Origin: Neophaeotheca triangularis
Lineage: Eukaryota
Reading direction: 5' to 3'
Assembly (NCBI GenBank): GCA_054600435.1
Contig: BAAIJX010000026.1
Location: 124,001-188,000, forward strand
DNA: 64,000 nucleotides
The notes beneath the pieces are model-generated. The model did no database searches, was not told where the DNA came from, and saw only the letters and a program-made list of their open reading frames with translations. Positions 11,016-21,612 of the stretch are shown piece by piece. Position 1 is the first letter of the stretch. The number at the start of each line of letters is the position of its first letter. The position numbers and the translations under genes were made by a program.

Positions 11016-12050
11016 CTACTTCAAGTCAACAACGTCTTCCAACTTCTCCGTACCCACATACTTCGCCTCAGGCCTCGCAAACCCACAACTCGTGCCATCC
11101 GTAACCTCCACATCTTCCTCCCCAGCCTGCCTATACTCCCCCCTAACCAAATCCCTCATATAACTATACGGACAATCTCTCGCCCCGCCTTCAACAGCCA
11201 CGTAACCCCTGTGCCCAAACTGATAGAGATTGTTCTCCACCGCCCAACACCTCCTCTTCTCTTCCGCGTCACCCTTGCGAATCTCACACCCAAAAATCTC
11301 ATCGACCCTTCCGCCCCCTCTTACGACAACGCCACCTTCAGGGTTCACAACCATCGCTTCACCCATGCTATCAAAAGTGCCATCGCTCCCACTCAACGCC
11401 ACACTCGCCGTCCACAGCAAATTCTGAAACGCATTCGCGCGGTTCGTCAGCTCCCAACTCGTCTGAATAGGGGCCGTGTACCCGGCCGTCCGCAGCAACA
11501 CTTCGGCACCCCGGTAGGCGGCCTCGTGCGCCATCTCCGGAAACTGTCCGTCGTGGCAGATGATGTGGGCCATGGGGATGCCCCGCGGGCCTTTGAAAAC
11601 GGGAATCGCCGGCTCCAGGTTTCCCGGGTACCAGGGCTCGACGGGCACCCAGGGGTGGAGTTTGCGGTAGTAGTTCACCAAGTCGCCGGCGGCGTTGATG
11701 ACGAGTCCCGTGTTCCAGGGCGCGCCGTCGGGGTTGTGTTCCATGATGCTGAAGCAGCCCCAGATTTTGTTTTGGATGCACGCGGTTTTGAAGGCGCCGA
11801 CTTCCGGCCCGTCGAGCTGGCACATTATTTCCCGCGCCGTCGACATGCTGAGGCCGTGGATGCTGTATTCGGGGAAGACGATCATGTCCATTAGAGGGTA
11901 GGCGGCGCGGGCTTTGCGGACGAGGGAGCAGACGTGAGCGGTGGCGGTTGCGAGTTGGGAGGGCGTTTTGACGAGGAAGAGTTGGGACTGGCACAGGCCG
12001 AGGATTAGGGAGTCCCGGGTGGATTTATTTAGGCCGCTGAGACCGGACAT
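11016..12050 (-). CDS. amiF: Formamidase / aliphatic amidase (nitrilase superfamily, bacterial AmiF type), intronless
   Basis: 344 aa with the catalytic triad motifs VFPEY (E), YRKLHPW (K) and IICHDG (C). The N-terminal GLSGLNKS and C-terminal [25 protein letters not shown] match proteobacterial AmiF as I recall it. Confidence 0.88.
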   Translation of the reverse strand: MSGLSGLNKSTRDSLILGLCQSQLFLVKTPSQLATATAHVCSLVRKARAAYPLMDMIVFPEYSIHGLSMSTAREIMCQLDGPEVGAFKTACIQNKIWGCFSIMEHNPDGAPWNTGLVINAAGDLVNYYRKLHPWVPVEPWYPGNLEPAIPVFKGPRGIPMAHIICHDGQFPEMAHEAAYRGAEVLLRTAGYTAPIQTSWELTNRANAFQNLLWTASVALSGSDGTFDSMGEAMVVNPEGGVVVRGGGRVDEIFGCEIRKGDAEEKRRCWAVENNLYQFGHRGYVAVEGGARDCPYSYMRDLVRGEYRQAGEEDVEVTDGTSCGFARPEAKYVGTEKLEDVVDLK

Positions 12051-13568
12051 TGTTGGTGGTGGTTTGGAGGGTGTTGTCCTGGATGGTCGGTTTGTTGGGG
12101 AAATTCTGGGTTCCGGTTGATGTAGTAATATCCAGAGTAGTCTTCAAATTTGACTACTTGTCGAAATGAAAATGGATGAGGGATGTTAGGTTTGTATGAA
12201 CATGGCCAATGCTCGAAACAATTACTTGCCTTCCGGATTCGTCCTCAGTTTAAAAGGACCCCCGCATTTGCGATAAGAGAGGGTCTGGACGAAGGTAAGT
12301 AACAGCGTTCTGTCACGTCCAGCCCTACTTTCTTCTCGTCGCTACTCGCCCCTTGTCGCGCCTCTTAACTGAACCCTTGAAAGAAAGAATAGTGATGTAA
12401 TAACAGTCTCTGAAAGTGCCAAAAAGTACAGTGAAATCAAGAGGAGACAGACCAGCCAAGACATCGACGTGATGTAAATGAATGGCATAGCACGCAGTGT
12501 ACGGGTGTATCATTACACACCGGCGGAATCGGGACCAGGGGAGTGGTGGTCCAGCTTGACCTGTACACTATCCAAGGTAACCGTTCATCAGTGATGGCAG
12601 AGAGGCTGTATTCAGTCCGACTTTGCAGTAGTCATTCATTTAATACTCGTGAACGTTCAAGGCATAGTGCACTTCACAGCCTACCTCTTCGTTCGCGGTT
12701 TTATGTACTGTCTCTGGATTTTCGAATTGCGGAGCTCGTTACACAATCGTGGGTCACCTGGTTCTGTATTGCCCTACTGGGTACTGCATTATACATCTAC
12801 AGAATGGGCGAGATCCCGGGCGTTGTCGCGAGTAGAAACAGTGGTGTAGGTGATGTGGTGGTTTTTGTTTAGAGAGCCGTCAAACTAGTTTGTGGCGTAG
12901 CTTTTGACGCGCTTTAGACCACTGTGAACGCTTCTAGCATTCTCGTAGTGCTAGTGGTGGCGTGGAAGCCGAAGAATCAGACGGGTAGCAATGAGGAGGC
13001 GTTGAGGGTTCAACGAGTTGGTTCGGCGAGAAGGACTACGTTTAGTCGTCTGCATAGTAATCGAAGTGCTCCAAAGCAATTCCTCTGAATCCCAGTCTAG
13101 TGTTGTCGCCAAAAACCATATTTAGTCATTGCTTACCTTCTGTCGACTTGCGATAAAAAGGGTGGCCCCGAACCAACAGCCGGTATGAATAGAGCGAGAG
13201 TAGGCGTACGAGCAAGAGCTGTTCCGACGTCATTTATCGTGCTGTCCTGTGTCGCTCCGCTCCGAAGCTTCCAGAGCCCGGTTCTAGCATCCGTGATGTC
13301 GTTCCCAGAGTGCTAATCAGCAGGCGATGCCCACCAAGCGTCAGTTTGCAGCTCCTCTGTTAATGGCTTCCTTCATCCGTTGGATCTGCCCCAAAACCTC
13401 GGAAAAGCCATATGCCCTATAACACCTTTCCAGTACCGAAACCAGCGCAGACACGGTCGCGCATGCCGCTCAATGACAGCAGCCCGCCCTCCTTGTTTCT
13501 TTGACCCTCCTCATTTCTATTGCTGCCCGTCATCCGTCTTATGAAACCGCGACCGCTGCTCTTTCTCG

Positions 13569-14177
13569 CTAATAGTAATGCGACATCTCCAGCCCTGCCC
13601 TCTTGTACCCACACTTGACATAGAACCCCTCATTCGCCTCGGAGCAATCCAGAATACTCTTGTAGCATCCAGTCTTCTGCGCGATGAAATCAAGCGCGTT
13701 GATAATCCGCAACCCCAGCTTCTTACCCTGTTGATCCTTCGCAACAGCAATATCCTCAATATGTCCCACCAATCCAAGGTTGTGAATACTGGCAAAAACT
13801 CCGTCAGCGAAACCGCGCGCACTCTCTCCAATCCAACCTTGTATACAGGAGACAGATATATATATATATCAAACCTACAATTTCATCTCCACAACCAAAA
13901 CCCCTGTCCCGACAATCTTGCTCTCGGCGTTCATGATGACGATGATGTGGTAGCAGCCGGTTGCCGCTTTCATGGCGTCGAAGCGCTGCACGAAACCCTC
14001 TTTGCTAATGTCCCCGACAGTCGTGAGAACGCGGAGCACGTCTAGCACGCCAGCTTCGTAGTCTGTGCGCTGCAGCGGCCGGATTGTGTAGCCTTCTGGG
14101 AGCGCGGCGGCGACGTCGGGGGAGATGAGCGAGGGACTGAAGAGCATTTCTTCGGAGACGGGGGAGGTGGCCGCCAT
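13569..14177 (-). CDS. GNA1: Glucosamine-6-phosphate N-acetyltransferase
   Basis: Exons 14177-13879 and 13788-13569; the 90-nt intron contains an (AT)n tract. Motifs IRPL, LRVLTTVG, KFIHNLGLVGHIEDIAV, QQGKKLG, YKSILDC and FYVKCGY. Confidence 0.95.
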
Positions 14178-14590
14178 GGTTGCGGTGGGTGGTGGAATTG
14201 TTGGGTTGCGAATGGGGTTCGTGTGGGCCTGCTGGGGGGGATGAACGGTTGTGTAGTGGCCTGGTGGGTTCTATAGTGTGTCGGTATGGGATTATATCGT
14301 CGAAAAAGAGGAGAGGACAAGAGAGGATGTTGTCGAAAAGAACTTTGTAACAACTGGACACTCTATCTTGTGTTATGTTGGGAGTCAGATACACGGTACG
14401 CATAAGTGGGGACACAATCCCAAAGGGTCGAATTGTTGTCGTGAGGTCTGTTTCTAGAGCTCCCGTCTGGGGAGGCTTCGCGGCTGTTCCTGCGCTAGCG
14501 TCGACATCCAGCTGCTAAATTTGGCAACGACGGCAAGGTCTATGGGTCATGAATAAACATAGTATGCAAACAATGTATCTATGTCCACGC

Positions 14591-16609
14591 TCACAACCTA
14601 GCCTTGCCTCCTACAATAGCATCCCACTCGGCCTGTCCTAACGGAGTGTAAGTGCTGGCCGAAGGAGGCGCCCAGAGTATTCTATCCTCGTTTCCAGCTT
14701 CACCATTAGCAACCTTACTCGGATCGACTCCCTCCTTTCTCAACGGAACCTTGTTCTGCTTGTTATTGTGCATTGGCGTGGGGTTCTTGATGACCCTCAA
14801 GAACACTGGCACAGCGTACTTGGGAAGCTTCTTCCTGCAGTGAGCGAGCAGCCCAGCGTAGTCGAAAGATTCCCTTTCTTCCGGTGCAATGTAGACAGCC
14901 GCGCAGCCAGCTCTTCCATCATGGCATGGCAGCTCGACACCATAGACGTTGGCCTCAAGAAGACGAGGGAACTCGCCCATAGTCTGTGCGACTTCAGAAG
15001 TACTCACGTTCTCAGATTTCCATCTGAAGGAATCGCCCAGCCTGTCCAAAAAGTACCAACGACCATCTTCGTCTCGACGTAATGCGTCTCCAGTACGGTA
15101 GTATAGGTCGCCCTTCTCGAACAAATTCCGCTCGAAACGCTTCTCCGTGCCCTCGGGATTGTTCCAGTAGCCAACGAAATCTCCCTCGCTGCGCATCTTG
15201 ATGACAATCTCCCCTCCCTGCTCATACGGCACGCGTTTCGCAGAACCGGTCTTCGGATCCCTCCAGATGGTATCGCCGTCCACATCAATCTGCACTGGGA
15301 AAAAAGTGTTACGTGTCTGCCATCGAGATATAGCACCCTGATGTCCAACGTGCGCATCGTTGAAGGGGCCATCGCAAACGTTTTGTAGCATCAGCATGCC
15401 CTCTGTACTATTGAAAAACTCGACGACTCGAGGTATCGCGAAGCGCTCTTTGAATCGATTCCAAACGTCCGGCCTCATGCCATTCCCGAACATGACCTGG
15501 ATGGTGTGCTGCTTGTCCAAAGGCGAAGACGGAGACGCCAGGAGGTACCGCGCCGTCTCACCCACGTACACGAAAGCCGTCGCCCTTGACTCTCTCACAT
15601 CGGACCAAAACTGCCTCACACTGAACTTTCGTCCAATGCAGAGCGTCTGGCCAGACATCATGCAACCCACCGCCACCGTTCCTCCAGTGCCGTGGTACAT
15701 GGGCATGCAATCGTACCACCTATCGCCGTTGGGGTTCGACTGAAGACCAACCGACTCCATCCGGGCCGTACCCATCGCGAAAGATCGCTGGACCTGAAAA
15801 GGACACGCCTTCGGCAAACCAGTACTGCCGCTCGTATAGATAAGCGACATCGGGAAATCCCCAGGCACAACCTTACGATACGCATCATCCGGCCGTGTTG
15901 GTTCCAGAGCAGCAATGGCATCACGCCTCTCCTTGTCCAGAACCACAATCCGAATCCCCAGCTCATTCTCCAATCTCTCCCGTACCTCCTCAATCCGCTC
16001 CCTACACCCAGCATCTTCGTCCACAAAAAGCACCTTACTCCCACTCAACCTCAAACAATGTACCAAACTATCCCCCGCCAAATTGTAATTGATCAACGCC
16101 GGCGCACTCCCAACACTCCAACTTCCCAACAACGCCATCAAAAACTCCGGCGAGTTCTGCAGATAAACCGCACAGAGCTCCAGCGGCCTGACACCCTCCT
16201 GCAACAAGAACTGCCCATACCGGCACGCTTGCGCATACACCGTCTGCCAATCATACTGCACGGGGGCGCTCTCGGGGCTCGCGCGGTACCAGAGGCAATC
16301 GGAGGTGGGTATGCGGGCGCATTGCTCTTCAAAGTAGTACCACAGGGAGGTTTTCCTCTGGGCGACCCGGCGTTGGTAATCTTGTGCGGCGCGTTTGATG
16401 ATTCGTTGGTTGCGGAGGTCTTGCGAGATGTGGTATTTACCATTGAGGTAGGCGGCTGCTGCGGCGCCGGCGCTCGCTAGGGCAGCGGAGGTCGCTGGTG
16501 AATAGTGTGGGTTGTTAGTATTGGCATTGTTGAAGGATATTGCATAGCGTGATCGCCAAGTTGGAGACGGGATCTCCAAGTACCTATAGAAGAGCTTACC
16601 TAGTGCCAT
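14591..16609 (-). CDS. Fatty acid transport protein / very-long-chain acyl-CoA synthetase (FAT1/CefD1-like) with peroxisomal PTS1
   Basis: Exons 16609-16600 and 16494-14591; intron GTAAGC...TACTAAC...CAG. AMP-binding motif LIYTSGSTGLPKA, FATP motif DRLGDSFRWKSENVST, C-terminal -ARL. Confidence 0.9.
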   Translation of the reverse strand: MALGKLFYRYLEIPSPTWRSRYAISFNNANTNNPHYSPATSAALASAGAAAAAYLNGKYHISQDLRNQRIIKRAAQDYQRRVAQRKTSLWYYFEEQCARIPTSDCLWYRASPESAPVQYDWQTVYAQACRYGQFLLQEGVRPLELCAVYLQNSPEFLMALLGSWSVGSAPALINYNLAGDSLVHCLRLSGSKVLFVDEDAGCRERIEEVRERLENELGIRIVVLDKERRDAIAALEPTRPDDAYRKVVPGDFPMSLIYTSGSTGLPKACPFQVQRSFAMGTARMESVGLQSNPNGDRWYDCMPMYHGTGGTVAVGCMMSGQTLCIGRKFSVRQFWSDVRESRATAFVYVGETARYLLASPSSPLDKQHTIQVMFGNGMRPDVWNRFKERFAIPRVVEFFNSTEGMLMLQNVCDGPFNDAHVGHQGAISRWQTRNTFFPVQIDVDGDTIWRDPKTGSAKRVPYEQGGEIVIKMRSEGDFVGYWNNPEGTEKRFERNLFEKGDLYYRTGDALRRDEDGRWYFLDRLGDSFRWKSENVSTSEVAQTMGEFPRLLEANVYGVELPCHDGRAGCAAVYIAPEERESFDYAGLLAHCRKKLPKYAVPVFLRVIKNPTPMHNNKQNKVPLRKEGVDPSKVANGEAGNEDRILWAPPSASTYTPLGQAEWDAIVGGKARL

Positions 16610-17535
16610 GATTTGAGGGCTTTCGAGGATTTGGATTAGACTCGACACGACAAATGACAATGTGCTGTCAAAAAGGACGCAGAGTTTCAGAGAACGAGTA
16701 GTTACAGGTCGGGAGCTCTGATTAAGTGTATCCCCAACCTACTCCCCGTACTCCAAGTTCAAGGTTGGAGCTACAGGGATCGGCATTTGCTACCGGGACA
16801 TTATAAGGTTCTTCTCGTGGCACATGGAAAGCACGTTGCGACAGTTTCGAAGCTCGGTTGCAGCTCCAATAGCCGACTCTTCACTCGGTTATGGAAGAGT
16901 GTTTGATTAGGACGCTCCCACACTACCTAGTTGATGTGCCAGCCTGGCCTACCCAAGTGAGCAGCACCTTAGAATAACCATAACTACATTGATTCCGGTC
17001 CAATCGACGCCAAACCTTTTCTCAGAGCATGTAATAATATCGAGTTGGAGCGATCCTGCACTTCAAGACTGCGTCGGATCCAAGTGCTCGAGCGTAAACG
17101 ACTTTTAAGCGAACAGCTATTCTAGTGCGGTCGTTCCGCTACTCACTTCGACTCATGTCTCAGCCAATAAAATCCTGCTACAAGAGCTATACCCGGCAAG
17201 CGAAGACAGGAGTCTTTCGTACGTTCCAAGGCCATTCCACGCAGCTTGACTCCAAGCGTGGCAGATCGTGGCTCGGTTGGACAGAGTGGCTTACTCCTTT
17301 TCTAACTCAGATGGCTTGCTATATGACCTGATCAAGAAAGGCGGCCAAACACCTCGACCGAGCTCGAAACCAGCGTCGAACTTGGCCGATCTTCGAATGC
17401 GCACTTCTGTTTGATGGGGGCATAGAGCCTCGATGGAAGATACAAGAGCTTTCTCTGCCTTTGTGAGTCCCTGAGTGCAAACAGGTCGTAAGAACGTAAC
17501 GTCGTGCTAGATAGGCATGTCGCACAGGAACGCGC

Positions 17536-18282
17536 TCAATGATTTCCCTTCTTCGCGCCACTGGCCAAGCTCAAGAAGACACCCCAACCTAAACCAACCA
17601 AACTCCCAAACAACGTCCTCCTCTCAACGGGCACCAGCGTGAAACTGATCAAACTGACGGCCGGCCACAGCTTCTGTCCAGCGAAGATTAACGGCCAAAA
17701 CTGCTGCACGACAGCGTAATACGCTGCTTCCAACGACTTTCCCCGCAACAGCCCAATGCCAGCGATGAACATGACAGTATTGACGCCAGCGCCAAGTGTC
17801 TGGTCGAGAGCAAACTTGATGCCAGTGTTCTTGATATTGAGCTTCTTCTTCGCTTGTACGGGATTCGGGTCTGTGGAAGTGGAAGTCATAGCGGCATCTG
17901 TCTCTTTGCCTCGCTTCCTCGTACTTCCATTGCTGTTCTTGCTGTCGGTTGCCGTCGAGCCTCCCCTCACAGTGTCGTCAACCAGTCTCTCTTTTTGAGT
18001 CGGGCTGAGTTCGCTGGTGTAGCCCGGGAATTGCGCTTCGAGCCAGCCTTGCCAGAGGAAGTTGGGTGGGCAGGCCATAAAGGAGAAAAGGACGAATTGG
18101 CCTAGTTCGACCGGGTCAATGCTGTAGGGGACCTTTGCGTTGGGCGGTTAGAGCTGTGGTCCAGAGGACTGCGATGGTTGTCGTACCTTTGATTGCCAGC
18201 ATGCTATGAGCTGTCCCAAGATGTTGGACAGAGCGCTGAGAACGCATGATTGTGCGGTGGCTCGAACGATTGGCGCGTCCAT
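17536..18282 (-). CDS. Mpv17/PMP22-family membrane protein
   Basis: Exons 18282-18187 and 18132-17536; intron GTACGA...CTAAC...AAG. Motifs LSNILGQ, PPNFLWQ, KFALDQT, KLWPAVSLISFTLVP and WGVFLSL. Confidence 0.87.
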
Positions 18283-18638
18283 GTTGAGTAGCTATTGAGA
18301 GCCTGGCCTTGAATAGCCGACTCTCGTGATAGTCGCGGATTACAGGACCGGCCAGTGTAATTTCGCGATCGGGCAAGTATCCGTGAGAATCTCGAGGTTG
18401 ACGTGGATAAGAGATCGATGAAGAGACAAAAGCTTGGGGAACACATAAAAGTAGCAGATTCGTACCAAGGAACTCGATTGTCAGGTGTTGATTGCCTTCC
18501 TGATCGGGGAATTTTGAGCACGGGCCTCGTGACGTCGGGCTAAAGATTTCCGCGACTTGACCCGGGGCGACTTTTGTTCGATCAAGCTAAGACGGGGCAA
18601 ACAGTACCGTTCTCTAGATATCACCACCACATTATGCG

Positions 18639-20147
18639 ATGACCGCCGCCCGCAAACCCATACGAGCGCCTTCCGCCAGCCTCTTGAGGTTCCTTCGGCA
18701 CCAACTCGACGCCCAAACGCCAGCGTTCCAAAACACCCGACCATCGCGAACCTCAGCGTCGCCCCTGGGCCAACAATATCGAGCCTTCTCCCATACCCCC
18801 AAGCCCCAACGCTCCATATGGAACCGTCTGCGCGGCAACAGTCCCAAACCTGTGCAAAAGGATCTTCGACCCGATGACCTTCCACCGCTCAAAGGTTTCC
18901 TGGACGATAGCACTGGGCTAGGCGGGCGTATCATCAAACCCAGCAACGAGCTGAAACTGCGCTGCACGGAGTTGGATGAAAATGGCAACGTGACCCTTGT
19001 CAACGGCGAGTTCAAGAAGAGCGAGCTGATATCTCGATACTCCCTTCTGCCGCGTGATTTGCGGAAAGTGGACAGCAGCGTGTTGCCGCACATCTTGGTC
19101 CGGCCGAGCGCTATCTTGATCAACCTTCTACATTTGCGTTGTCTGATCAAGTACAATCGCGTGCTGGTCTTTGATGTCTACGGTAGCACGGATAGCTATG
19201 CGCAGAGCATGTTCATGTATGATTTGGAAGGCAAGTTGGGGCAGAGGTCTGCGGTCAATTCGGCTGGGGTAAAGGAGGCCGGGCATTTGCCTTATGAGTT
19301 CAGGGCGCTGGAGGCGGTCTTGATCAGTGTTACTACGGGGTTGGAGAGTGAGTTTGAGACGGTGAGGGAGCCGGTGGTAAGAGTGCTCAGGGAGCTGGAA
19401 GAAGATATTGATCGGGATAAGCTGAGGTATTTGCTTGTGTACAGTAAGAAGCTGGGAACGTTTGAGCAGAAGGCGAGATTGGTACGGGACGCTATTGATG
19501 ATCTTCTGGAAGCGGACGACGATCTGGCAGCCATGTATCTTACAGAGAAGGCAGCTGGTAGGGAACGAGAGGAGGATAATCACGAGGAGGTAGAGTTGCT
19601 GCTGGAGTCGTATCACAAAGTCTGCGACGAGATTGTACAAGTGTCCGGCAACCTGGTCTCCAACATCCGCAACACCGAGGAGATTGTCAAAGCCATTCTG
19701 GACTCCAACCGCAACAGCCTCATGCTGCTCGACCTGAAGTTTAGCATCGGGACTCTTGGGATCGGCGCGGGGACTTTCATCGCAGCGCTCTACGGTATGA
19801 ACTTGGAGAACTTTATCGAAGAGACGAACTGGGGCTTTGGAGGCGTCAGCGGCGTCTGCGCCCTCTTCACCGCCGTGGCTGTCATCTACGGCCTGCGCAA
19901 GCTGAGGAAAGTGCAAAGGCTTAGTATGTGGGGCGGAGAAGGGTCTATGAACTCGGAACCCAGTCGCAAAGTCCACAACAGGCGAGAAAACTTGCGTGAG
20001 GTTGATTGGTCCTCGGGAAGTCAGGGCGAGAGCGGATCGAAGAGACTTGGTGTTGCAGTTGCGGGAATTAGGAGAGAGGACGTCCTTCGCAAATGGCAGC
20101 ATAGCCACCCCTCGAGTGCGGAAGAGACGAGGGTCACGGTCAAGTAG
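18639..20147 (+). CDS. MRS2: Mitochondrial inner-membrane Mg2+ transporter (MRS2/LPE10, CorA superfamily)
   Basis: Arg/Ser-rich presequence; motifs LLPRDLRK, LPYEFRALE, EEVELLLESY, LDSNRNSLM and YGMN, followed by a second TM helix. Confidence 0.92.
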   Translation: MTAARKPIRAPSASLLRFLRHQLDAQTPAFQNTRPSRTSASPLGQQYRAFSHTPKPQRSIWNRLRGNSPKPVQKDLRPDDLPPLKGFLDDSTGLGGRIIKPSNELKLRCTELDENGNVTLVNGEFKKSELISRYSLLPRDLRKVDSSVLPHILVRPSAILINLLHLRCLIKYNRVLVFDVYGSTDSYAQSMFMYDLEGKLGQRSAVNSAGVKEAGHLPYEFRALEAVLISVTTGLESEFETVREPVVRVLRELEEDIDRDKLRYLLVYSKKLGTFEQKARLVRDAIDDLLEADDDLAAMYLTEKAAGREREEDNHEEVELLLESYHKVCDEIVQVSGNLVSNIRNTEEIVKAILDSNRNSLMLLDLKFSIGTLGIGAGTFIAALYGMNLENFIEETNWGFGGVSGVCALFTAVAVIYGLRKLRKVQRLSMWGGEGSMNSEPSRKVHNRRENLREVDWSSGSQGESGSKRLGVAVAGIRREDVLRKWQHSHPSSAEETRVTVK

Positions 20148-21612
20148 GGGTAGGGGGGTCGTTGGTCTTCTCCGCTCACGTTTCAGCTCAGGCTGGTGCG
20201 CTTTGCATTGTACTGTTCCTAACTATTCGACTGGGTTTAGCGACGGCGCTACGGGATTTGACTGCTTTGTAGAGGCGGGCTATAGATATCTGAGATCAAT
20301 GTAACAATAATGGGTCAATGTTGCTGTGGAAGCCCTTTATCGGCAACGTGATTGGCCCAATACCCGAAGTAATGTTTTGTGGCACCGGACGTCGTTTCTT
20401 CAACTTTGCTTGTCATGCTCATCTTAGAGTCCATGTTCGTTCAAGCATCCCTTTTCATCAGTGAATATCAAGGAGAATACTCATCACTACTCTCAATGCC
20501 AAAGCCAGGAGATGCAGAGTCAATGAGTCGTGATAGACGGTCGTAATGACGGCTTGACTTGATTGCGACCAGCGAGTGATGGCCATGCTTCCACCCATCA
20601 GAGGCAATGGATGATCCTTCCAGACCGTGATCGTTTCAATCTCCAGAGAGTGCCCAGGTGAGTGCAGCAAGATCATGCTCGATCGATCGATGGATGTGCA
20701 ATGTCTTGGAAAATGTCCCTGATGGCGGCAATAATTGGAAGGTAGCGTACATTCCTCGAGAAGAAGCCAGCCACAAAAGCAGCTTCACCACAACAAATAT
20801 CAAAGTCATGTATGTAGTAGGCCATTCCAGAAGACGGACCAGAATAGGTAGGCTAAGGTAGGGTGTTATTGCTATTGGTCGTCAGTTGGGGGGAACGAAG
20901 GTATTTCGGGTTGCTCTCCGGTAAGGTGAAATTTGTTTGTCCCGTCCAGTGCCTTCCATCCCTCGTCGTCCTTTGAAGCGCACCTGCCTCCTCCTCCTCC
21001 TCGACCTCCTCCCCCGGCAGCTTCCTTCACCTCACCACCCCCGTCCGCCGGTTCCAATCTTCGCACGAGGTCGAGCCTACCCTTCCTTTTCTTACTCTCT
21101 CATTCCCCTCCTTCTCAGTCCACTTTGCGGGAAAGCATCACGCTCCACCACCTCCTTCCGTCGCCGTCGCGTTGCTCGCTTGTGATTGTGTCGCTTGATC
21201 AAGCATCTCTGTCTGCTACCTTACCAGTGCTTACTAGTAGTATCTGGCTCTTTTGCTGTACCACGTTGGGAGACGCACGACGACTATCGCCACCATCCCA
21301 TCCGACTCCGCCTCAGGCACCGCCAGACGCGCGGACCGTCCACTCGCTGCTTGCTCGCATACCATAAGGAACACTTGCCTGCCCATCTTCACCATGGAGA
21401 CTGCTTGATCACAAGCACCACCAGCAACTGAGCCACAACACCCGGCCCCACCACCGCTTGGATACAACAAGAGTAGGGGACATCGAATACCATCGACATC
21501 ACGTGCGGCGGCAAGAACTATCTGGACTCATCCATCAAACAGTACCTTCATCCACAACCCCCTTCATGCAATTTCGTGTCATTTTCGACAGCCCCTGTAG
21601 CATTCCTTAGCA

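Noticed and set aside
12540..13260. Possible decayed minus-strand gene with an intron-like GTAAGC...TGCAG segment between amiF and GNA1
   Set aside because: Multiple stops and no recognisable family; it cannot be distinguished from intergenic DNA without a search.
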